Shown: positions 22,656 through 34,541, numbered from the stretch's first letter. The stretch is DNA of 64,000 nucleotides from Balanoglossus misakiensis (GCA_040954595.2 CM082585.2:1006814-1070813), one strand, 5' to 3'. Translations and numbers: made by a program. Notes: generated from the letters alone by a model not told the origin.

Positions 22656-22807
22656 CTGTAAAGTGACAACAAATTCTGTTGTGAATGATGCCAGCTGTCA
22701 GTTACAATCTTCATTGTTGAGATAATTCTTGCCTTCAAAATATTCTGTACTGCTGAGATTCTGTTTATATGACTGTGCTATGAAATTCCCACCACACAAA
22801 GAATACA
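22656..22807 (-). pseudogene. Exon: CUB2 N-terminal half with in-frame TGA at the conserved Trp
   Basis: tttcag|TG; YSLCGGNFIAQSYKQNLSSTEYFEGKNYLNNEDCN*QLASFTTEFVVTLQ|gtagtg; TGA at 22700-22698. Confidence 0.85.
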
Positions 22808-23100
22808 CTGAAAGAAAGAAGAAGTCATCTTAACAGAAACACTTCACAAACAGGACATCAGCAAGATCACAGTCGAGGTAGGGCAAATATTGCCTACATG
22901 TGCAATCTATAATGTTATACCAGGTTCACGTAGGGTAAAATTCGAAACGTTTCAGAGACACTATTTGCCTAAGGTAAACACAGAGCATTAATGCTTTTAG
23001 TTGCCTTGTGTCCACACATGCAAAGTTTATGTGTAGTTCGCGAAAATTTATCGTTTGCGAAAATTTCCAGTTTTACATTATGTATAAAACTTGGTATTAC

Positions 23101-23302
23101 CTGCTTGCCAAGATGCTTCAAAGCCAGTAGCAGTATGCGAACTATCTGAGAGAAATTTCACCAACATTGCATTACCACTGCTAATAACTTCATCAGGCTG
23201 GTCCGGTCCACTGTATGTGGCAAGAACTTTGGATGGGTCAAACACAGACACCTCGACAATGACAACAGTATCATGATAAAGTTCAGTGTCAAAATGTAGA
23301 AA
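23101..23302 (-). CDS. Exon: CUB1 C-terminal half (FLHFDTELYHDTVVI...SSGNAMLVKFLSDSSHTATGFEASWQA)
   Basis: tttcag|TTT ... GCAG|gtaata; 202 nt; F.TE..D...SG...S.GN.M.V.F.SD....GF.A CUB signature. Confidence 0.93.
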
Positions 23303-23668
23303 CTGAAAAGAATAAAAAATGTCACAACACACATCATAAATAGTGAGCTGTCTCAAGCCAATATACATGAAAATAAACACAGTTTCATGACTTAAGCCCC
23401 ATTAGCTGTAACTTTTTGCATTTTTCAGTATTTCTATTCTGTGTATCAATTATAGTTTCTTGTTCAGCTACGCAGGGCAGAGTTAAATCCATAGTCTTAA
23501 CTTCTCAACGAAACCTATGAGGGCACAATCGGCATTGTTGTTGTTTGAAAACATTCGTAAATAATAACAACAGTCAGTACACATACACATGACTCGTTGA
23601 CAAGCAGAGAGCTGGGTGTGATGGGTTACTCATGAGGAGAGGAACAAGAAAAAGTGTTTAATTTAAAT

Positions 23669-24323
23669 AATAACACATGATAGCGAGGGCAATATCACGA
23701 TTTGAAGCCTGCATGAGGGATGGTGATCTCTGACCATAATATTGATGATGCCCGAGCCGCAGGCGAGGGTATCATCAATATTTTGGTCAGAGATCACCAG
23801 CCCGAGGGCAGGCTTCAAATCGTGATGTTGCCCGAGCATAATGTGTTATTAATTTTATTACGCCGAACATTTGAACGTACATACACTGCAGCATGTAGCA
23901 TGTAGACTCGCGTCCATATGTCGTACGTTGCTGAGAATGTAAAATGTCTCGATCTCCCAAGAATTATACGATACCTACTTCGAACTTAGATTATTTTGAA
24001 AATACTGCGCTGTTGGTTGCGATTTTGGTGTATTTACTGCCCGTTTGCAGTAAAATATCATCCAGTAGAACAGGTGTTAAGCCTGTGTGTCGCTTTGAAG
24101 CCATATAGATGCGGGAGTTGACTGATCGTGAAGGAAGCCATTGAACGACAGTTTGGAACGCGCAGAAGTCGTGCCCAGAACACCAAAACAACCAAGTGGG
24201 CAATATCAGCGCACGCGACAGGGCTTTATCAACTCTAGCCATGTTATATCACTTTTTTTTCTATATCACGTGAGCGCGTCTCAGCCAATCACGAAAACGG
24301 TATAATACGTGAGGTGTAATAAA
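23669..24323. mobile_element. Non-autonomous element with a 182-bp terminal hairpin (possibly Crypton-type)
   Basis: Imperfect palindrome 23669-23850 centred on CCCGAGCCGCAGGCGAGGG. TTTATTAC (23854-23861) is inverted to GTAATAAA (24316-24323). The family assignment is inference. Confidence 0.5.
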
Positions 24324-24626
24324 CACAAAACAAAATTACTGATAAACTAGCCTGAAGTTATAGATAACGGCCCTTTAATTCAAAAGTTTACCAAAAATCA
24401 TGTTTGTTATAAGGAAGAAAAAAATCAAATTATTTTTTTTTTAGTTGAAATGAATTTAAATCTAATACATGTGTCTGGTTTTTTTTTAAAGTGTTTGTAT
24501 GTCGAATGGACGGGAAAAGGTGTTTTGTATAGGCAGGTTTCCAGATTAGACAGAGTTAGTGGTTTATGCAAGTTTTACTGTAAAAAATAACTGGTTTTGG
24601 AATTTGACAGTTTACAAGTGAGCACT

Positions 24627-24751
24627 TATTCTGGATGTTGCAGGTCCCTGGATTGTCCAAATACATTCTTGTAGAATGTAATAATTATCATCTGGGTATC
24701 CAGTGCTGTGAAAGGTCCCCGATTCACCAGTTTCCAAACCACCACATGTTC
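24627..24751 (-). pseudogene. Exon: CUB1 N-terminal half with its donor overwritten by a repeat
   Basis: ttcag|GA; GTCGGLETGESGTFHSTGYPDDNYYILQECIWTIQGPATSRI then enters the 48-bp repeat and hits TAA. No phase-0 GT is present. Confidence 0.8.
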
Positions 24752-26698
24752 CTGAATATCATTAAAATAAAAAGAAAGAGTATGTTTGTGTGATGAATGG
24801 TCATAAAGATTCAGCTCATCAAGTTGACGAAATTTCATTGATGATAAAATTACTTCACCAACAGTGAGTATCCAATGTACATGTATAAAACAATGTTTGT
24901 ATTAGTATAAATCAAATGTAAAAATTTTGAAACGACATTTATCACACCCGAAAATTCCAAGAACCGCATATTATGATTCTCTAAGCTCAAACTATCAGTG
25001 TGACAGATGCCAGATTCTTAAAATACTTGGCCCAGTTTTGTTTCTGATTTATATTTATGACATACTGTAAAACAGGAAATTTTTCATGATATCAAAAGTG
25101 GCAACAGTTATGCGATGATTGATTTTCGCATTCTCATATTTCACGGCATTGCTATCTTCGAAAAACATTTTGACACAACTTGTTTATTTTCGCGTTTTTT
25201 TTGGCTCTCGCATAGTTCGCAAAAATGTATCGCTCGCGAAAATTTCCTGTTTACAGTACAAAATTCTTGGAGGATCAGACTTTCTGCTGACAGTTCAAAA
25301 GTAGTCTTTAGTTGCAAAGGAGATGATCATACAATTAAACCACGATCGTGACGTCACACTATTCAATAGACAAGTCATTCACTGAGAGAACCTCCGTCTC
25401 ACACAAAACCACAGGTTTAAAACCAAGTCCCGGGTAGTTCTAGAACTACCTCCGGGGGTTCTAGAACTACCGCAGGACTCAGTCTCACCTGTCGTAACAA
25501 AAGTACAAATACACAATGCTTTATTTGCATAATTACATTTACTTCTATACCTGTATTCAAAGTACATTTCATTTGAATAGAGTAATTGTTATGTTAATTG
25601 AAAGCGAACTGGATATGCGACAGTCTCCGGATCATTTCATTCAATGCTTCACATTCACAGTTTTGTCTACTGACGTACAAAGCTAATGTCTTGGTGGCTC
25701 TCGAGAGTCTTCATAACATGATAATAAAAGTATAAAATAGACAAAAATCAATTCACCAGAAACAAACTAACGTTGCAATAAATTAACTACAAATTTCTAG
25801 AAAATTATACTAAATCACATTATCCCCAGATTTGCTTGCATTACTCTAACCAGATGCTTCACTTCGATTTTGCTTCACTACCGACATGTAACAAGGTTGG
25901 CTGTTTTAGGCCTAAAACCCGCGTACCTTGCAAAATTCTGCTTACTTTTTGTTGCTGTTCACCAGACGTGGGTTTGTAATGTCGGACGGATTCACTTCGG
26001 TATCAAGTCTTTTCGCAGATGAGTTACTCACCAATATCGCTACCATACAGACGTGTTGCCGCTGTGGCTCGTAGAGAGTGGTTCGTTCAAAAGCCAGGGA
26101 GGCCAATACACAGACGGGCAGTAGTACCATGTAGAGCATTGTTACCCGGTTTTTGCTTTACCAACATGTAGCCGCTTGTTTTCGCAGATGATATAGATCG
26201 GAACTACATGTATCTTCAGATCGATTTCATGGACATTTGAAGGAAAATAAAAAAAAAACGTGACACTTACATGTAGGCCTTCTGCATTTGGCCTAGAAAA
26301 TTTTCGCGTAAGCTTACCATGTGCACGCAAAACCCCAATAGCTGTAACGCTTCCCATAATACACTACGTAACACACCTGTAAAGTTTAATTTGATGCAAA
26401 TTAGTGTTTGAAATTAGCATATCACTCTGACACGTAAGCATGAACATTTAGAGTAACACCTGTCAAGCGTGGGCGATCTTGTAAGGCCCAGCAGGGCGGT
26501 CTAGAACTACCTGCCCACGACATGATTCATTTATAGGAAAAGGGGTGGCCAACCAAATTTCACAGTCAGCAATGAAGAATAAGCCTCTTTTGATAAGCTT
26601 TTGTTCGTTCATTTTATTGAATCGTTGAGTAAAACGACGTCTTTGTGGTACACGAAGCTCCAATGGTGACAATGTCTGTGGGGGGTCGTGGTTTAAGT

Positions 26699-26803
26699 TA
26701 GAGAACCACCTCCCCCTCAGTGGTTCTTGGTTTCCAATCGCCTCGGGCCTGCGGCCCTCGGCAATTCGAAACCAAGAACCACCTCGGGGTCGGTGGTTCT
26801 CTA
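26699..26803. mobile_element. 105-bp hairpin, probably the terminus of a second hairpin-type element extending left toward about 25380
   Basis: TAGAGAACCACC...GGTGGTTCTCTA and GTGGTTCTTGGTTTC...GAAACCAAGAACCAC arms surround CCTCGGGCCTGCGGCCCTCGG. Related AGAAC(T/C)ACC motifs occur at 25442, 25462 and 26503. Confidence 0.5.
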
Positions 26804-27009
26804 TTACATAAATAGTCTAAAAGAAATTGTTAAGTAAACATAACCATACAATTAATGAGTGGAATTATCTAGCGACAACTGGCCTCAATTTTGAATTTCA
26901 AATATAACACCATTCTGCACCCAAGGAGACATCACATGATCTGATCCCCCTTGTTTAACTTTTAGTGGTGAGCTCTTCCAAGTATATCTTGTATTGCTTA
27001 GGGGACTCT

Positions 27010-27306
27010 AACTCTTTCTCCTTCCCTCCCTTCCACCCCCTCCCCCTCCCTCTCTAGCTCTCTCCCTCCCCTCTCCCGCCCCTCTCCCTCCCCTCTCCCG
27101 CCCCTCTCCCTCCCTCCCACCCCTCTCTAGCTCTCTCTCCCTCCCTACCCCCCTCTACCCCTCCCTCTCCCTCTAGTTCTCTCTCCCCCTCTCCCTCACT
27201 ACCACCCTCCCTCCCTCCCTCCCTGTCACTCTCCAGCTCTCTCTCCCCCCCCTCTCACTCTCCCCTCCCAGCCTCTCCCTCCCGCTCTTTTGCACACACT
27301 CTCTCT
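27010..27306. repeat. Polypyrimidine (CT-rich) low-complexity tract
   Basis: About 300 nt of almost only C and T on the + strand. Confidence 0.9.
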
Positions 27307-27401
27307 TAGTATATATATTGGGAGGTGACTACAGCAGTGCGAGAAAAGTAAAGACCTGATGCGAGTAAGGGAAGATTCTAGCTGATTTGAATCAGACTTA
27401 C

Positions 27402-27617
27402 CTTCAGCACAAGCTGCTACTTCACACATTGACAGACTGACATCATCACATCTTGCATGATACAATGGGTAATTATTTTCAAAGAGGTTTAACCTCACAC
27501 ATTGCCCAGTGGAGGCATCAGGTTCTGTGTCTGCCCATCGACCATCAAAGACACTACCTTTCCTGCCATCTGAATAATCATATTCCACACTGCCATCTCG
27601 ATTGGGTCCACTAAATC
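27402..27617 (-). CDS. Exon: C-type lectin C-terminal part (GFSGPNRDG...YSDG...RWADTEPDASTGQCVRL...RCDDVSLSMCEVAACAE)
   Basis: ttatag|GA ... GAAG|gtaagt; 216 nt, phase 1-1; W...EP.....C...C......CE CTL motif. Confidence 0.88.
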
Positions 27618-27653
27618 CTATAAAATGGAAATAAAGAAAGAAGATGCATACAG

Positions 27654-27848
27654 CAGTGTTTCATCCAGGATGGGGGGGGGGGGATATGTCCCCCTTTGCT
27701 TGAATAGTTGCACTCTTGCAAGGAGGGGAATGAGTGACATCGCTGAGTCTGTAAGGGGCACCATTTCCCCCTTGACAAATTTCTAGGGGGGTGCCAACAT
27801 GCTGACAGTGGGCGAATTCCCTCATCCCTCCATCTGGATGAAAAACTG
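27654..27848. mobile_element. hAT-like MITE
   Basis: TIR CAGTGTTTTCATCCAG / CTGGATGAAAAACTG, flanked by the direct repeat (G)CATACAG (7-8 bp). Confidence 0.75.
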
Positions 27849-28061
27849 CATACAGAGTCACTTAATAGCAAGATTTTGTGAGGTTATTGAGATGTAAAAA
27901 ATAGGCTTTTCAATTACCATCTTGAGACAATTATCATTCAAGTGTTACTATGCAGTGCTTACTTGTAAACTGTCAAATTCCAAAACCAGTTATTTTTTAC
28001 ACTTGATACACCCACAAATTATTTGGGAACACTGACAAACACTGTTAAAAGACACACTCAC

Positions 28062-28180
28062 CAATCCAACCATGGTTCGCTGTTTCATTGGAAGTCTCTT
28101 CAATCTGGTTTACAATCTCTGCTCCAGCATAACGATTTTCAGAATAACCCTCAATTACTGTCAAGTGCCCACCATAAAAT
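28062..28180 (-). CDS. Exon: C-type lectin middle part (FYGGHLTVIEGYSENRYAGAEIVNQIEETSNETANHGWIG)
   Basis: tttcag|A ... ATTG|gtgag; 119 nt, phase 2-1; GGHL..I....EN...WIG motif. Confidence 0.9.
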
Positions 28181-28916
28181 CTGAAAATAAACCAATTTAT
28201 AACACATCAAACATGTTCCAAACTAATTTCGAAATTCCAGTCCGTGAATAATACATTTCCTCTTTGAAAACATTTAATATTGGTGAATAAGAGGTTCATA
28301 TATGTATAACATTAGATTTTTGTTTGTAAAGTCTATATTTTGTGTTACACCTTTCCAATAAGTGTGTGATTAGTGTAGATTTCGGCAGAATTTCTGGGAA
28401 AAAAGAATCTGTGAAAAATTCACCTGAATTTTGGGGAGAAAAAAAATTGCTGAACGTTTCCTTTGAATAAAAAAGTTCAGCTTATTTCTTTTAGAGAAAA
28501 CATGACAATTTCCAGGAAATGGCTGTTGTTGTTTTTTTTTTTGGTGTGAATAAACTTAAAAGACAAATTCTGATACAGTTGCATCAAGGTGATGGAAGAA
28601 AATCCCAGATTAACAGGATATTTGGAGAATTTATCCAGAATTTCAAAATTAGTTCGAAATGTGACATTGTGTTATCAATGATCTGTGTTGAGCAGTCGAA
28701 CGATGAACGGGTAGTTGACAATTCCCACGAGCACACCCGTATCTTTCCTCGGTAGTTGCGCCGGGCCGGTCGGCAATGTAACAGAAAAAGTGGTACGATA
28801 TGCCAGCTGAGCCGTCGCTAGTCTACAATTCCGAGTCTACAAGGCCGTCTCTAACTAAAAATTATAATAACTATCGAGGTACGTGACAATTATATCAGCG
28901 AATGTGGGGCTGGGGG

Positions 28917-29232
28917 TTGCTGCAGTTTGCAGCCCCTCCATCTCCCCTGGACGATTTTTGTTTTTGCGGGGCTGCAGGTCCCAGCTATTCTAAACCGCAC
29001 AACGAGCGACCGGGATTTGGGCCCGGAGCGAATTTCTACACTCAAGACGTCTCCAGTCCACAATTTTCCACAATTTTTTCGCCAAATCGGTCCCGGAACC
29101 CATACAGCGCTTACCTGGCAAAGGATGTCGCGGTATTTGTCGATTTTGCCTACGTTTTCCCCAGTTATTCAACTTCAATCGGCAAAACCAAAACTCGTTC
29201 AGGGGAGATGGAGGGGCTGCAAACTGCAGCAA
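28917..29232. mobile_element. TIR element with 10-bp flanking direct repeats (MULE-like MITE candidate)
   Basis: About 55-bp TIR TTGCTGCAGTTTGCAGCCCCTCCATCTCCCCTG..., with GGGCTGGGGG directly on both sides (28907-28916 and 29233-29242). Confidence 0.65.
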
Positions 29233-32200
29233 GGGCTGGGGGCTGCAGGCAGAATATATGACCAAAGGATACGCGTGAAAAAAAGACAATTACCTACTTT
29301 GCTACCGTGGGTCTTTGACTAATTAAAACATGATAACGTGCATCAAAGCCAGCCGAGGCTTCAGGGGCATAGTATTCCTGAGTTTATACGCGAAGAAACC
29401 AAGAAATATTCATGAGTATGTAGACGGAACTTGTCTTTTAGCTCAAATTTGACCTGGCTTGAGGTCACTGTGACAGCGCAGCCAGCGGTAGAATTGGGGT
29501 AGGCATGAAGAACATATCTACTACAAAAACTGGTGAGGGCGGGGGGGGGGGAGATGGGGGGGGGGTGGGGGCTTTTCAGTTTAGTCACGGTCCTTGGTTT
29601 TGGCCTTCGGCTTCACTAGAAAAGCCAAAAAACCACAATGCCGAAGGCCAACTCGTCGAAGCACCTGGTACGTCTATGGCAGAAGTCAGTATTTACATGT
29701 TCTGACTCGGTACACGCCATGCACTTGCCAAGAGATTCCACGAGGAATACCATGATGATGAACGGCTCGGGCGTCTTCGTGTGCACGAAGACACGATACT
29801 AGACTTCATTGACCCTGTCTCATTCTTTTCTTTTCATGCGCATAAGGACATGAAAAGTCGACCTAACCTTTTGTTTTATCACTTACTGTGGTTTTATAGG
29901 GATGCTGTGAGTGAAAAAGTGGCACATTCGGGTTGTTGCCTTATACTTAATTTCTCCATTTCTATTGGAGCAGGCTACACCGGGCCCAGGGTCGAACTTA
30001 AACCAATTTGCAGCCGTGATGGTCGAACAATGTCCGACAAACTTTAGGCACGTCAAGCTTATGCCTTCCTGGGTCGCCCGACAAGAATGAACTTCTATTT
30101 TAACGATAGGGCCTATTCCAATCGATACCCGCCGTATCAGTCACGCAATAATGAACACGAAATCCAGATCCCCCAAAATGATGTTTCACTAGACTCGGGG
30201 AGAGTGCTGTTTAGTACCAACAGGCAATTAAAGGTATACGGTCACCTATGGAAAATTAGCTATAGTTACCATGGCAAATTAAGATGTAGCCAATCACAGA
30301 TTTTTAGTGGGTGGCACACGCGAAAAAAGAGCGCCGCCATATGTTCTCATCTCAGCCATATATGGTCCTATGTAACCACCTCATGTCATTTACAGAATTG
30401 GAACACCCTAAAGAATGTCATGCAGACAATGTCACGTGTTGTTCCATGACCAACCAAACAACAAACTCATGTCCAAATCAATTAAATTCCAAAGAATGCT
30501 CCAAATATGCAGAATTGCCACGCAAGTCGAGCATACTTAAGCACTCTGCACAACTGAAACATAAAATCCAAGCTTTTAACAATACAACAATAAACAATCC
30601 ATTCTGATCGAATTAATGACCAAATAAAACGAAAAACACAACTCGACCCACAAAAAGTATACGAAGCGCTTTTAATCGCTCATTAATGTTTGATCTCGAG
30701 GAGACGTGTTAAAAAATCCGCTATGAAAAGCAGGGGAGAACAATAGCCTATTTTTACCAGGTAAACAAACACCAGGTAAAAATCCACCCATGCTTCCAGA
30801 CCGCTCTAGGATAGTGATCCACCCAATGAAACTGTATCTCTTTAACTTTAATTTGCAAACTCGTGGAATTGATCATTTTATAAATCGCTCCATTTTGACG
30901 TTTTCTCTGTGGTTTGTTAATACGAATTTTGTCTGTGCCAAATCTGTCCTCTAATACTGTCACTTGTATTAGAGTTCAAATAACACAGAAGTATAATACA
31001 ACGTTTTGAAAAAGACAGACATTTTTCGTGGGAACGGTGATATACTTAGGCCACACTCGAGCTAAAAACAAAAGTCTATATTTTATCAAAAATGCCTTGG
31101 ACGCACAAACATCTACAGGATGTGGAAGGGGCGGGTCAAAACCGCGATCTACAACTGTGCCTCCCCCCCCCCCCCCCGGCTGTCTTGCTTCTATTTGGAG
31201 TGTCAATGTGTGATTTAGCGTTGTTTGCGGCAGATACTAAGCTTTGTTCTTGTTTCACTCCATTTGCTGCATTGTGCTGTGCTCTGGTATTTCTCCAGGG
31301 TCTACGGTTACACTATAGGCTGATTAGTCGTATCTTTACTACACAGACAAAAAACTTCGAAGCTTTATGTCTGTGCCTTTTATGAACAAGCATCGTCCGA
31401 TTCGAATTCGACTCGTCATCGGTAGCTATGTTTATTTCGCCCTTGGAGACCTCCCCTGGCCTTGTTAGGATGACTGTTACCAGGACTACCTTAAACCAAT
31501 CTTTTCGAACCGGACGGTACACACGACATGTCTATGTTAATTGTCCAGGTACCAGAGTGTACGTGTGGGCTCCCTAAACCCCTCATTGGCGGCCGGTCCC
31601 TGTCCGAATAAACACGTTTGACAGACAAAAAATGATGAACAAGTGGCTTACTTCAATACTTCGTTAACTAGACGGCTGAACTCTGAATGTTGATTCAGCA
31701 AAAAAAATGTGTTTACGGCAAGGTTTTGATCAATACGACACATTTACCATTGAAAACGCCCAAAGTAAGTGGGGGCGTTTGACCATCAATCAAACCCACG
31801 CCCAGGTGCATGTGAACGGCCGAAGCAGTGTAACGTTTCACATTCCGTGCAACGTCCGACACTGTGTGAAAGCGGTTGCTGTCGGGTGGCTTGACCTAAT
31901 TTTCGTACATTGATATGCATTTGACACCTCACTACCTGTTTTCTTAATATTGCTAAAACTTTGCGTTGAAATATCACTGAAATGTTGATGATCCACGCAC
32001 AAGTCGTCTACCCCGGCATGAAAAGCTTTTATACAAGAAAACTAATTGCACATGACCACCAAGGTCATACCGCAAGGTGTGTCTAAATGTCAAGGAAGGA
32101 CATTGGGAGGGGGGACTTGGGTCGAGAACGACCATGACGGAGGAAAAACCGACAAGTCATTGTGTAACCTGTTTACTTGCCAATAGTCAAACGTCAAAAT

Positions 32201-32924
32201 TTACTCTCAACTTGGTTGCAGATCGAGTCTCCCGAATTTCCAACTTTTATGATTGGGTAAATACCGATATGCGACTGGTATGCGACGCGTTGACGACGCG
32301 AAGATTTTGTTGAAATCAAATGGTTTGTCAAATGTCATCTCACAGTGGAGATGCCGTGGTCATCTGACATGAAAGGGTTCGATTGGGTCTGACCGCCGTC
32401 GTTCATCCATGCTTAGAAAGCGGCGATCATGGTACAATGTAAAACCAAGGTCAAACCTTACTGAACACATGTATTGCATGGAGAAACTTTTCTCCCTGTC
32501 TGTGTACTGAACACGTACCGTGATTGCCATAGTTACAAACGTTACCACGTGAGAGAGAGTGCATTTTACATCTGTCTTTTCAATTTTGTTGCTTTCTTAC
32601 TATTCGGAATGATGGAGTCGAAACGAAAACTTTTTGCTTCAGGTGGACCTAGGGGAAATACCTTATTTGTGACTTTTTTCATGACCCTAAAAAGACGTCG
32701 GAATTAATGTGGCTGAGGTCACTCAGGACAACGGAATGGTTGAGCGATTTTATTTTATGAGCTCCCACTAGTATTTGTTTCATTGTTTCGGCAGTGTGTC
32801 GCGTTATTCGAGCAATCTGCAGTCTGAAAACGAACGGTTTTCAAAGTTTATAACAGAAGAACAGGGGTTTAAGCATGAAAGGTCCTGTTGTCTCCCTCGC
32901 TGTGTTTGTGTCACTGTGTCTTTG

Positions 32925-33127
32925 ACGTCTGACTGACTGATTAACTGGCTGACTGACTTACTGACTGTCTGTCAACGTCGGTCTGTCTGACTGTCTGCCC
33001 CCTCTCTCTGAGAGAGAGAGTGAGCGAGCGAGCGAGCGAGCGACCGATGAGTGTCTCTACTGATGAATGTTGCTCTGTCTGTCTGCTTGTGTCTGTCTGC
33101 CACTCTGCCTGTTTCACTCTGTCTCTC
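32925..33127. repeat. Compound microsatellite (GACT, CT/GA, GAGC, GTCT)
   Basis: Read directly from the sequence. Confidence 0.85.
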
Positions 33128-33758
33128 CTAATTTCTTTAAATTTAGGGATATGCTATTAATGCGATATGAAAGTCAGACACGACGGAAACCTTTTATTCT
33201 CAAAACTGTCTGTTGTTTGCTGTTAAATATTGCAAAAGGTTAAGGGCCCTTTTCGCACGAGACACATGGCTTTGCAGCCGTAGCTCCCAATGTCATAACG
33301 ATTACCCGAACTACCCTAATTTTAGCCCGCCGACCCAAAACAGTTTAGATCTTCGTAAACCGGAAGTAAAAATAACGATGTCAAATATACAACAATTCAT
33401 GAAAATTGCGAGAATCACGCAAGAACTATGATGTCATTCTTCTACACTACGACGGCCAAAGATATAAAAAAATTGAAAAATAAAAAAATGTCCCTTTCTA
33501 CCTACCCTATTTTTGAAAACCATGTAATCGGAATAGCACATATTAGTTTTTTTGGCCTGAGACATATCCAATTTCCCAACTGAACATGACACGTGATCAA
33601 GCATTTTCGACTTATCAGATGCAATCGCTGAACACCTCACACTAAGCGAGGTTTTGTCTGTCTTTATACGCGCCCTTTGTATTTGTGCGTGACATGTCCA
33701 AGCCTTGTTAGGATCTCCCATAAAATTCTACTCAAATGATGTATACTTTCATACTTAC

Positions 33759-33840
33759 GACTGACAGGTATTTTCAGCGTTGCCAGCTGATTGTTTGTCA
33801 GGTACCGCTTTATAACAAGACGCCCCTCTGAGTTGATAAC
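33759..33840 (-). CDS. Exon: C-type lectin N-terminal part (GYQLRGASCYKAVPDKQSAGNAENTCQS)
   Basis: ttgcag|GT ... GTC|gtaagt; 82 nt, phase 1-2, joining the 28180 exon in frame; CY...A...C motif. Confidence 0.85.
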
Positions 33841-34541
33841 CTGCAATGTAACATCATTCAATTGGTCTAGTCATGTTAGCATTAGTAAAATGCTTCAAAA
33901 GTGTTAAAGGGACATGATACAAGACACCGTTTATGTTAGTGAATGAACGTTCAACCACACACAACTTCCATCCCGCTTGTATGATACGAGAGTAAAAACC
34001 CGCCCGAAATGAATAAATGGTAGAGACCGTTTATTCATTTTGGCGACTTTTTAAAACTCTCGTGTCTATACAAGCGGAGTGGAAGGTGTGTATGGTTGAA
34101 CGTTGATTCACTATATCCACATGTAGAATAATATAAACGCAGTCTTGTATCAAACATAATTAATGGAAAAAGGGCAGCGGGAGAGAGACTTTGTCCCTTT
34201 AATGAATACAGCCACAATGTTCTGTTTATATCTACTGACGGACCAGGCATGGATTGTCACGTATAATTCTTTGAAACGTTTGGTCCTCTGAAGAAATCTG
34301 AGCACTCATCTACTCAGTTTGCTTATTTTGTCTTCCTCCACCAGTCAGTGGTATCGTCCGATTTGATACTCCACTCTAAGCCTCTTTCTGAATGGCTATT
34401 TAAGTTGTGATCTGTAAGTCTTAAACCTTTCATCACCCCCCCCCCCCCCCGTTTCCTCTTTAGAGGTCCAACATTACCATAGAAAACAATTGGTTTTGAC
34501 TGAACCATGTTGGTGAAAGGGCTAGGGTCAATTCAACTTAC

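Noticed and set aside
22698-22700. Selenocysteine or alternative-code TGA
   Set aside because: The position aligns to Trp, not Cys; other Trp codons are TGG; and the gene has several other lesions.
25433-25470. Heat-shock element (TTCTAGAA repeats)
   Set aside because: Each site has only two nGAAn units, and they are better explained as motifs of the surrounding repeat element.
28519-33721. Numerous 60-130 aa ORFs in the large intron
   Set aside because: They have no recognisable motifs or splice support, several lie in MITEs, and their density fits chance.
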